This document shows, piece by piece, positions 57,553-64,000 of a stretch of DNA of 64,000 nt. Position 1 is the stretch's first letter. Each line of letters starts with the position of its first letter. This stretch comes from a virus. The stretch covers positions 32,001-96,000 of the IMG/VR virus record IMGVR_UViG_3300045988_183505. One strand, given 5' to 3'. Made by a program: the position numbers and the translations under genes. Under the pieces are notes generated by a model. That model was not told the origin of the DNA and searched no databases. It saw only the letters and a program-made list of their open reading frames with translations.

Positions 57553-58011
57553 TCATTTCACGATTTCCTCTCTATTTCGCAACTTTTTTGCCAACGTTAG
57601 CAAGCACTCTGCCATAGTAGATTTTGAAATTACAGTGAGTTGCCACATATTGTTCCTGCAAATTTCCACGTTGTAAAAAGACTTGTCGCTTACTCTGTTT
57701 GTAGCAACCGATACCCTATAACGATTTTTCTGCAAATAGAACGGTTCGTTCACTCGCAGGGCAATGATGCCGAAATCCGTTACCACTCTGATGCTGTCAC
57801 AGGTGTCTGCTCCTGAAACGGCATAAATACTGTTCAAAGCCTGCTCTCTGCGATTCAAATACAGTTCCTTCCCCAAAGGCGTTCCGCACTTCGGACAGTA
57901 AGAAAACTGCATATCAATCTGGTGTACATCATCTGGGTCAAGCTCAATAATCACCCAGTCTTCTATGCGGATATTGCATACTTCACATTGAAAAATCTTT
58001 TTTGGGTTCAT
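57553..58011 (-). CDS. zinc-ribbon protein
   Basis: CEVCN...CPKCG. The start is probably ATG 58011 (AAAGG upstream); the track ORF begins at 58032. Confidence 0.55.
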   Translation of the reverse strand: MNPKKIFQCEVCNIRIEDWVIIELDPDDVHQIDMQFSYCPKCGTPLGKELYLNRREQALNSIYAVSGADTCDSIRVVTDFGIIALRVNEPFYLQKNRYRVSVATNRVSDKSFYNVEICRNNMWQLTVISKSTMAECLLTLAKKLRNREEIVK

Positions 58012-58016
58012 ATCGC

Positions 58017-58316
58017 TTACCTTTCTGCCCATCTATCAACTACCACATATGTACCAAAAAGTATATGCACTGTTGCCATAACAGCAGCCGTTACAGTGAA
58101 TGTAATGGACTTCTCAACCCCACCAGCAACTATGCTACACACAGCAGCAATTATTCCGATTCCGTAAGCGGCAAATGTGATTCCCATAATAAAGAATGTC
58201 ACATCTAACACTTTGTTCCAGCTTTTGAAGAACGTATACACCAAGGCGAACATGGTGTAAATCAGTAACATCATGTAGGGTGAACCTACTGAAAACATCT
58301 GCAAAGCTTCTCTCAT
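58017..58316 (-). CDS. small membrane protein (3 TM helices)
   Basis: 99 aa and hydrophobic throughout. Confidence 0.55.
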   Translation of the reverse strand: MREALQMFSVGSPYMMLLIYTMFALVYTFFKSWNKVLDVTFFIMGITFAAYGIGIIAAVCSIVAGGVEKSITFTVTAAVMATVHILFGTYVVVDRWAER

Positions 58317-58346
58317 TGATTACATCTCACTTTCTGCTCGCCGTTG

Positions 58347-58457
58347 TTACATATAACACAGCGGAATTGGTGTTGCTGTATCACAGCCGGAGCAGGCAAG
58401 CAAGAATGCTCCAGCAATCATCATCAAAACTGTCATTTTCAACATTCTTCTTAACAT
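58347..58457 (-). CDS. 36-aa mini-lipoprotein precursor (below the track's 60-aa cut-off)
   Basis: Hand-translated as MLRRMLKMTVLMMIAGAFLLACSGCDTATPIPLCYM. GAGGTG lies 5 nt upstream. The lipobox is LLAC. The predicted mature part is 15 aa with three Cys. Confidence 0.4.
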   Translation of the reverse strand: MLRRMLKMTVLMMIAGAFLLACSGCDTATPIPLCYM

Positions 58458-58458
58458 T

Positions 58459-58692
58459 TCAACACCTCGGTTCGCTTTCTTTCGTTTCTTTCACTTTCTT
58501 TCTCTTTCTATGAGTTTTCCTGATACGATTCACGACAGTCCAGAACGTAATCCACAGTATCGGAGAAACGATTACTGCTATCATCTCCACGAAGAAGTCC
58601 AATGGAGAAGTTTGTTCTTCGACAGAGTTCATGATAAAAAGTATCATCAGATTGATGAACAACCACAACAAAACAAAAAATGCAATCGTCAT
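58459..58692 (-). CDS. small membrane protein
   Basis: 77 aa with two hydrophobic helices and a basic C-terminus. Confidence 0.5.
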   Translation of the reverse strand: MTIAFFVLLWLFINLMILFIMNSVEEQTSPLDFFVEMIAVIVSPILWITFWTVVNRIRKTHRKRKKVKETKESEPRC

Positions 58693-58783
58693 AGTTTCAC
58701 CTCATGCACTTATCGGAACACTGCGAAAACAGCTCTGATAAGATGCCCTCTTGTCAAATGGTAAAATACCCAGAATAGCTTTC

Positions 58784-59188
58784 TCATGCTTCTCCCTCAC
58801 ATTTCAGCTGATAGCGAACGTCCTCAATCACCCTGTCGATTTCATTTGTGCCAACAGCTCGCAGAACTGTATGCCACTCGTCATCGCCAAGAGGTTTCAG
58901 TGTTGACATCTTCAAGGAACGCTCTTTCAGCTGTTCCTGAACCATCGTCAGCACCTGCTCCGCAAGGTTCAGAGCTTCCGGAGAAATATCTCTCGGAACG
59001 ACAAGTTCTCTTTTGAACGGAACATTCTTCATGCCCATCATTGTTCGCCCACAATTTGCACAAGGTTCAAGACTGTATGCAAAGAAAGTGTGTTCGTGTC
59101 CGCAGACACTGCAACGGCACAATACTCCAGTACAGTTGCCGTGGTTGCCGTTGTTTTTACCTACCCAATACGCTTCTGTTTCAATCAC
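58784..59188 (-). CDS. zinc-ribbon protein
   Basis: CRCSVCGHEH...CANCG. Confidence 0.55.
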   Translation of the reverse strand: MIETEAYWVGKNNGNHGNCTGVLCRCSVCGHEHTFFAYSLEPCANCGRTMMGMKNVPFKRELVVPRDISPEALNLAEQVLTMVQEQLKERSLKMSTLKPLGDDEWHTVLRAVGTNEIDRVIEDVRYQLKCEGEA

Positions 59189-59501
59189 GAATTTTCATTC
59201 CTTTCATTTTTCCACTGAGGATATTTTTGATAAGCCAGTCATATCCTGCGAATCCGGCAGAGTTCTTTCTGGCTTTCTGTGCTTCGGCAGCAGTTACGAT
59301 GTCAACCCGAATGCTCGCCCTCCAGCCATCGCCGAAGTCATGAACGAAGTAGTGCTTATCCAGCTTCTCATACTTCTCAATGTCAGCCTTTCTCCGAAAT
59401 GTCTTGCAGACTGTATGGCTTCGTTCATCACCAGACCATCTGCCATTCCAGCTTCCGCAGTTGGGCATTCTAAGTGTGAATTTCAGAACCATATCTCCCA
59501 C
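59181..59501 (-). CDS. hypothetical protein
   Basis: 106 aa. It contains the MPNCGSWNGRWSGDE motif. No family assigned. Confidence 0.55.
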   Translation of the reverse strand: MGDMVLKFTLRMPNCGSWNGRWSGDERSHTVCKTFRRKADIEKYEKLDKHYFVHDFGDGWRASIRVDIVTAAEAQKARKNSAGFAGYDWLIKNILSGKMKGMKIRD

Positions 59502-59556
59502 TCTCCTTATCTTTTAGCCTGTCAGCGGACTTGTGACCGCTTGTCAGTCGCATTAC

Positions 59557-59584
59557 TTGCAACCGACATTCGTGTCGGTCGCAA
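59557..59584. other. strong intergenic hairpin with a TTCG tetraloop on the plus strand (CGAA on the sense minus strand)
   Basis: TTGCaACCGACA-ttcg-TGTCGGTcGCAA has a perfect 7-bp core and 4 more outer pairs. No T-run follows on the transcribed (minus) strand, so it is not a typical terminator. Confidence 0.55.
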
Positions 59585-59601
59585 TCACTCTGCGTTGCAG
59601 G

Positions 59602-59802
59602 TTACTTTCTCAGAACAGAAACAACATCATGCAGGCTGTCCGAAACCTTTGCAATCAGTTCCTTTGTTTCCGGTGTCATCGGAATGTCCGGTTCGCAATA
59701 CTCATAGAATGAGCATTCCGTTCCATAGCTGGCACAATAGTCGATGTAGTGCTGTGCCATTCTTACAACATTCTCCCTTGCTTCCTGATATGTTTCACTC
59801 AT
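59602..59802 (-). CDS. hypothetical protein
   Basis: 66-aa ORF. Confidence 0.45.
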   Translation of the reverse strand: MSETYQEARENVVRMAQHYIDYCASYGTECSFYEYCEPDIPMTPETKELIAKVSDSLHDVVSVLRK

Positions 59803-59812
59803 AAAAATCCCC

Positions 59813-60061
59813 TCACTTGCGATATTCTTTCAATTCTTTCGCTTTCCACGTTGCACTGTCACTATCACATCTCTGAATCGTCACATTAAGAATCTTTCTG
59901 ATTGCATCACTTTCTGTACGTCCAAGGACTACAGCCACTGCACCGCTTTCTTCCGGAACACTGATTACTTCATCGTAAGCTGCACAAGCATACACGATGC
60001 TTTCTATTTTTTCATTGTAACGAAATAGGTCAATTGCAAAAATTTTCATCAATAACACCAT
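59813..60061 (-). CDS. hypothetical protein
   Basis: 82-aa ORF. It is the first gene after the terminator and promoter region at 60062-60202. Confidence 0.5.
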   Translation of the reverse strand: MVLLMKIFAIDLFRYNEKIESIVYACAAYDEVISVPEESGAVAVVLGRTESDAIRKILNVTIQRCDSDSATWKAKELKEYRK

Positions 60062-60174
60062 ACCTTCCGGTTATTTATGTGTGCCTTACATTATTTATTA
60101 TACAATATCTAGCGGTAGATATATTGTGGTTTATCTTTCTAGTCCGTAAACCTTTTGTAAACGATACACATAAG

Positions 60175-60202
60175 AAAAACTGCCTATCCAGAAGATAGAC
60201 AG
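60175..60202 (-). terminator. intrinsic terminator after the HEPN-like gene
   Basis: Minus-strand CTGTCTATC-ttctg-GATAGGCAG (one mismatch) is followed by TTTTT. Confidence 0.6.
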
Positions 60203-60239
60203 TAATAAGCCTCGGCATTATTTGTACTAAAAAAACGGC

Positions 60240-60845
60240 TTATTTGCCGTATTCTTTATCATCTCGATGCTTTTTCTTTGAATGTTCTGTTTTATCAGGA
60301 TTTTCCTTATGAGTGAATGACTTTTTCCAATTAGAGTTTTTGTCATTAAGATATATTTTGCCGGCTTCTTTCATTTGAATCTTTGCGTGTTGGTGTATTT
60401 CCTCTTTTCCAACATGATGCTCCTGCATATACGCATTTTCCAATTCATATAATAGGTTTTTTGCGTTCTTCATCAAAATGTAGACATCAGGTTTTGAAAT
60501 TGTCTTATTCCCATATCGCATACCGTTAAACGCTGACAGAGTAAAAGCATTGTCAGCAATAAAAGGGTGCTTTTGAATAAAGCCAGCAGAGAATCGCTCT
60601 GCCTGTAGCAGCAAATGCTCCATGTTGTGAGCATACATTGTATCTTGCGATACCGGCTCTGTTGCCTTTTCCCGAATCACTGCTTTTACACTTTTTTCGA
60701 TTGCCTGTGAAAAATGATACGCTGCCATGCCAATCATAATCGGATTATCCTTGTCGTGCATAGCACTAAGCCCTACGGTAATATCAGCCCTTACCAGTTC
60801 TAAATCCTTTGCACTTACCGCCATATCAGCACCGCTCCTTATCAT
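60240..60845 (-). CDS. HEPN-domain-like protein
   Basis: AAYHFSQAIEKSVKAVIREK...AHNMEHLL resembles the helical HEPN (PF05168-type) signature. No clear R-x4-6-H nuclease motif is present. Confidence 0.55.
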   Translation of the reverse strand: MIRSGADMAVSAKDLELVRADITVGLSAMHDKDNPIMIGMAAYHFSQAIEKSVKAVIREKATEPVSQDTMYAHNMEHLLLQAERFSAGFIQKHPFIADNAFTLSAFNGMRYGNKTISKPDVYILMKNAKNLLYELENAYMQEHHVGKEEIHQHAKIQMKEAGKIYLNDKNSNWKKSFTHKENPDKTEHSKKKHRDDKEYGK

Positions 60846-61272
60846 AAATGGTGTAGAATCGTCCTTCTTCCAACTCTCTCAGCAGCTCGTTCTGCAACCC
60901 GATAATCACATCGTCTCCGGCAATCAGGTCTTCATCAAAGTCGTATGTGACATCATTCTGGATAAATGAGAAGATTTCATCATCTGTTTCCATACGCTCC
61001 AGTGTACCTTTTGCCAGCGGAGAACGTACTAAAATATGAGGCTTTCCAGTCTCATAGGTCAATGCCGGTAAATACCAGATACCAGTCACATTCTTCGGGT
61101 TCAGTTTATGCCGGTTCTGCTCTGTTCTGTTCAGAAGTGTTTCCTGTAAGTCAATGAATTTTTCTTCCAGCTTTTCATTCAGCTCCATTTCAGAGTAATA
61201 TGGAGCTTGCAGCACTGCCAGTTTAATAGCGATTTCGTTCATGCTCTTATTCCTTTCTGTGAGATACCACAA
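60826..61272 (-). CDS. hypothetical protein
   Basis: 148-aa ORF that overlaps the HEPN-like gene by 20 nt. It has no nucleotidyltransferase motifs. Confidence 0.5.
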   Translation of the reverse strand: MWYLTERNKSMNEIAIKLAVLQAPYYSEMELNEKLEEKFIDLQETLLNRTEQNRHKLNPKNVTGIWYLPALTYETGKPHILVRSPLAKGTLERMETDDEIFSFIQNDVTYDFDEDLIAGDDVIIGLQNELLRELEEGRFYTIYDKERC

Positions 61273-61319
61273 CTATTTTCCACTATACAGCATTGTTCTA
61301 TGCAATTTTACCACTTCAA

Positions 61320-61505
61320 TCAGTATTCCGAAATGTATACCTCATGTTCAGCTTTCGCTAAGTTCATAATGCAATAGATATTCAAGATTTCAAAAGAACC
61401 GCCGGTATCTAACGGATTATAGCCTTCGGGAAGAATATATACCTCTGCATTTTCATCACATTGCTGCAATTGCTCAATCATTTCTTTTACCTTCATTGTA
61501 AACAA
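61320..61505 (-). CDS. hypothetical protein
   Basis: 61-aa ORF. Confidence 0.4.
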   Translation of the reverse strand: MFTMKVKEMIEQLQQCDENAEVYILPEGYNPLDTGGSFEILNIYCIMNLAKAEHEVYISEY

Positions 61506-61513
61506 TCCACCTT

Positions 61514-61894
61514 TCAGATTTCACGTCTTGCCCAGCACTCGAAGCACATCTTTCCCTTCGATGTACTTATCCCCAGTTCTTTATATTCTCCGCACACACA
61601 GCACTTCCCCAGCAAGCTTTCCCGATACCATTTGCCGTCTTCTTTCTGGATAAACTTGTGCTTATAGTTCCGCATGATTTCCGGAACATTCCCGATGTAT
61701 GTCACCACTCTCGCTTCATAAAGAATCCCATTGGAACAATCTACGAAAACCACGTTTTTGTTCTGTGCCTGAACATCTTCCTTCACTTTGCTCAGAAGCT
61801 GCTCCATCTCTCGTCTTGTCATTGCAGAGATGAATCTGTCATTGCTTTCGCAATTCTCATAGATGCTTCTGCCGTTGCAGCTTGACTTTTTCAT
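61514..61894 (-). CDS. hypothetical protein with a C-terminal Cys-rich (zinc-binding?) segment
   Basis: 126 aa. It contains CCVCGEYKELG...CFEC. Confidence 0.5.
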   Translation of the reverse strand: MKKSSCNGRSIYENCESNDRFISAMTRREMEQLLSKVKEDVQAQNKNVVFVDCSNGILYEARVVTYIGNVPEIMRNYKHKFIQKEDGKWYRESLLGKCCVCGEYKELGISTSKGKMCFECWARREI

Positions 61895-61905
61895 AGCCGT
61901 CTCCT

Positions 61906-62418
61906 TTATCGGTCACTTTCTGCCGTGACTTCTTCCGCAAAATCACGAACTTTTTCTCTTAATTCCCTTTGATGGCTGTTGTCACAAACCAGAATTGTGA
62001 TGTCCTCATCGTTGAACACTTCGATGATGATGGAAAGCACAACCTTCCACGGCATCTTGTCAAGTCCTGCTCCGATTTTCGGCATAGCCAACATCTTGAT
62101 TCTCTGTTCTTTTGCCTGTTCTCTTAAATCGAGCAAGGCATTTCTCATGGTTTCCTCAGTCGGCTTGTGGAAGTAGTTCCGTTTCGTTACCAGATTGAAC
62201 ACTCTGCCGTCCTGTACACAGAAACCCTTTGTCCAAGAGCCGTCCCATTCTGCAACCACGTTGCCGTATCTCTTTTTCAAATTTTCCTTTACATTGAAGT
62301 GCTTATTGAACTGAACCGCAATGCCTGCTCCCATAGCAAAATCAGCACTGATGCACTGCACCAGATAGTAGCTGCTTGGCACACAAAACAAGTCACATTC
62401 TTCATATTTGTAAATCAT
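61906..62418 (-). CDS. macrodomain protein (OARD1/TARG1-like ADP-ribose binding or hydrolase)
   Basis: Motifs are LVQCISADFAMGAGIAVQF and LAMPKIGAGLDKMPW. The start is refined to ATG 62418 (AAGGAG 5 nt upstream). Confidence 0.85.
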   Translation of the reverse strand: MIYKYEECDLFCVPSSYYLVQCISADFAMGAGIAVQFNKHFNVKENLKKRYGNVVAEWDGSWTKGFCVQDGRVFNLVTKRNYFHKPTEETMRNALLDLREQAKEQRIKMLAMPKIGAGLDKMPWKVVLSIIIEVFNDEDITILVCDNSHQRELREKVRDFAEEVTAESDR

Positions 62419-62436
62419 GTTTTCTCCTTTCAAGAA

Positions 62437-62676
62437 TCAATCGTACTTCCACTCTTTTGACAGACATCTGTACCAGTAGTAAGAGCTGCTTTCCTCTGGA
62501 ATCGACTTTGGCATAGAAGTTGCAAATCCATCGTCTGAACAATAAATTTCCGGATTGTCTGATACCTTAACAGCCAATCCGACCAGCTCCAAATCGCCCT
62601 GAATCATGTTCAGAAAATGGCACAGCTGCAAGTCGTTCAAATTTCGGATTTTATCTAAAATTGTCATAATTATCAC
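62437..62676 (-). CDS. hypothetical protein
   Basis: 79-aa ORF. Confidence 0.5.
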   Translation of the reverse strand: MIIMTILDKIRNLNDLQLCHFLNMIQGDLELVGLAVKVSDNPEIYCSDDGFATSMPKSIPEESSSYYWYRCLSKEWKYD

Positions 62677-62711
62677 CTCTCATTTTTCAACAAAATCAAA
62701 CTTTTTGTATG

Positions 62712-62990
62712 TCATGTAGTTTCAGGCATATCAATCTCAATGCCATTCAATATCGTTTTTTGTTCAGCTTGAAGTGCATCATATAATTTATTGAATGCCA
62801 AAGCTGCATCGAGTGATAATTCGGATATTGTTCTGTCCTGAGAACGACAGATTTGAGAATGAAGTTCACTGATATTGCGATACAATGTTTTTGCAGTGTA
62901 CATTAACTCTGTGATTGCTTGTAAGTTCTGAAAGTCTTCGTTATCCATACCGTAAAAAATATCAAAATGTTTCATAACAAACACTTCCAA
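62712..62990 (-). CDS. hypothetical protein
   Basis: 92-aa ORF. Confidence 0.5.
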   Translation of the reverse strand: MEVFVMKHFDIFYGMDNEDFQNLQAITELMYTAKTLYRNISELHSQICRSQDRTISELSLDAALAFNKLYDALQAEQKTILNGIEIDMPETT

Positions 62991-63005
62991 TCAATAATCA
63001 ATGTT

Positions 63006-63368
63006 TCATACCGCTGGCTCTGCATCAACAGGCGGTTCTGCATCAGCCACGCCCTGCATTGCCTGCTCCATCTTCTGCCGCAGATAATATCGCATATCTT
63101 CTCTGATTGCCTTTGTTGCAACGATATGCTTTACGTCTGATGCAACCTCAGTCATCATGCTGTCCACGATTTTCTTTGCAATCAGCTGTTCGATATTTTC
63201 AGTCAGATACCGCTTGATTTTTTCCATATCAACGTGCTTGTAAACGTCTTCGATAACCTCGTCAGGCAGCATAAACTTTTTGAACTGCACAGTGTTATAC
63301 CGTCCGATGTCATGGATAACAGCATTCTCCACTGCTTCTACGATTCTTTCTTCAAATGTCATAATCAT
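63006..63368 (-). CDS. hypothetical protein
   Basis: 120-aa ORF. Confidence 0.55.
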   Translation of the reverse strand: MIMTFEERIVEAVENAVIHDIGRYNTVQFKKFMLPDEVIEDVYKHVDMEKIKRYLTENIEQLIAKKIVDSMMTEVASDVKHIVATKAIREDMRYYLRQKMEQAMQGVADAEPPVDAEPAV

Positions 63369-63380
63369 CGCTCCTTTGTT

Positions 63381-63599
63381 TTACTTCTGGTCAATGGTCG
63401 GTCTTTCTTCATAAGCGGAGCAGGTCATCTTCATTTCTCCGCTTGTCATATCAATGTTTGTGGTCTTCGGGATTGTACAAAGGCACATTACATTGTTCTT
63501 TCCATGTTGCGAAATAACCATTCCGTTGTTCATGAGAAGAACCGTGTCGCCACTTGAAACATTCGCCCATTTACATTTTTTACAATTCACATTGAACAC
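63381..63599 (-). CDS. hypothetical protein
   Basis: 72-aa ORF. Confidence 0.45.
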   Translation of the reverse strand: MFNVNCKKCKWANVSSGDTVLLMNNGMVISQHGKNNVMCLCTIPKTTNIDMTSGEMKMTCSAYEERPTIDQK

Positions 63600-64000
63600 C
63601 CCTTATATTCATTTTTGCACCGCAGTACGGACAATACGGCGTTTTCACGATTGCAGTGAAAAAACTTCCGCAATGTCCACACACCAGAAAGTTTCCCATG
63701 AGTGTTTCACGCCGTTCCCATTTTGCATGAATCACAGGCTGAATATCTTCCACCGCTGCATTGTCTATCTGTTCCAGTATCTCCAAATCATTGGGGTAAA
63801 ACTTGCGTATCACAGCTTTCAGCTTGTCAACGTCAATATACCGGACAGTCTTGTCTTCATACGGTTCAAGGATTTTAGCAAACGGAGAATTTTCAAGAAA
63901 AGAATTGTCGTCATCTTCGTCCTCTGGTAGCACTTCACCAGAAACGACTTCATAATAGCAGTCTGCCCTGCCATAAAGGTCTGCCTTTCGTGTAATCTTG
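63580..64000 (-). CDS. zinc-ribbon protein, possibly truncated at the window end
   Basis: CGHCGS...CPYCG. The frame stays open upstream of the GTG at 63933 all the way to position 64000, so the true start may lie outside the window. Confidence 0.5.
   Translation of the reverse strand, partial: KITRKADLYGRADCYYEVVSGEVLPEDEDDDNSFLENSPFAKILEPYEDKTVRYIDVDKLKAVIRKFYPNDLEILEQIDNAAVEDIQPVIHAKWERRETLMGNFLVCGHCGSFFTAIVKTPYCPYCGAKMNIRGVQCEL

Noticed and set aside
60826-61272. The gene upstream of the HEPN-like protein as a minimal nucleotidyltransferase (MNT) partner, making a HEPN-MNT toxin-antitoxin pair.
   Set aside because: No GSxxRG or DxD nucleotidyltransferase motifs are visible, and the HEPN-like protein lacks an R-x4-6-H nuclease motif. 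The pair is therefore not called as a toxin-antitoxin system.
1-64000. Prophage interpretation (integrases, excisionase, many small early-like genes, polyvalent protein).
   Set aside because: No terminase, portal, capsid, tail or lysis genes are recognisable anywhere in the 64 kb. Relaxase, VirB4, TraX, a RepL replicon and iterons are present, so a conjugative plasmid or ICE fits better. A phage-plasmid cannot be excluded without the rest of the replicon.

Overview
All calls below come from reading the sequence and recalling motifs; no database search was run. The window looks like part of a low-GC Gram-positive (Clostridia-style) conjugative plasmid or plasmid-like ICE, not core chromosome. 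No rRNA, tRNA, CRISPR array or phage structural genes were seen.

Layout:
- Left arm, 1-13 kb, minus strand. It carries a MobV (Mob/Pre) relaxase, a VirB4-type conjugation ATPase, HU, a polytopic membrane protein, a type IA topoisomerase (Topo III-like) and a RepL-family replication initiator.
- 13.0-14.3 kb, non-coding origin-like region. It holds TGACTA half-sites, two tandem 17-bp palindromes, two adjacent perfect hairpins and an iteron array.
- Right arm, 14.4-35.5 kb, about 21 kb, plus strand only. It encodes mostly large, very acidic proteins of unknown function. Recognisable members are a 1547-aa polyvalent-type protein (HEXXH zincin plus two catalytically degenerate DEDD-exonuclease-like modules), a stand-alone CHC2 zinc-finger protein, a RecJ-like DHH phosphoesterase, an SPFH/stomatin protein and a YdjM-like hydrolase.
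- 35.5-64 kb, minus strand. This is a mosaic of short promoter-headed modules. They include two tyrosine-recombinase genes (one canonical, one divergent), an excisionase-like HTH, TraX, signal peptidase I, lipoproteins, a tandem DinJ/RelB-like protein, an HPr-like protein, an alpha/beta hydrolase, a J-domain protein next to a membrane-anchored SpoVK/CbbX-type AAA+ ATPase, a macrodomain, a HEPN-like protein and many small zinc-ribbon or membrane ORFs.

Signals most worth a second look:
1. Ten proteins end in the same tail, P-K-K...[V/I/L/M]-E-R-D-COOH. The tail is conserved at protein level rather than nucleotide level, so it may be an export or translocation tag.
2. A recombinase core-type site (inverted TTGGTATA arms around a 6-bp spacer) occurs three times. 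One copy is a perfect 12-6-12 palindrome, and one lies inside the divergent integrase gene. Related half-sites cluster beside the canonical integrase.
3. Several short DNA motifs recur at promoters: a promoter cassette used four or five times, a 12-mer at the repL and both integrase promoters, a 27-bp element in front of both divergent arms, and a 14-nt hairpin.
4. There are two candidate RNAs: a roughly 230-nt structured leader ending in a terminator, and a roughly 140-nt promoter-to-terminator sRNA.
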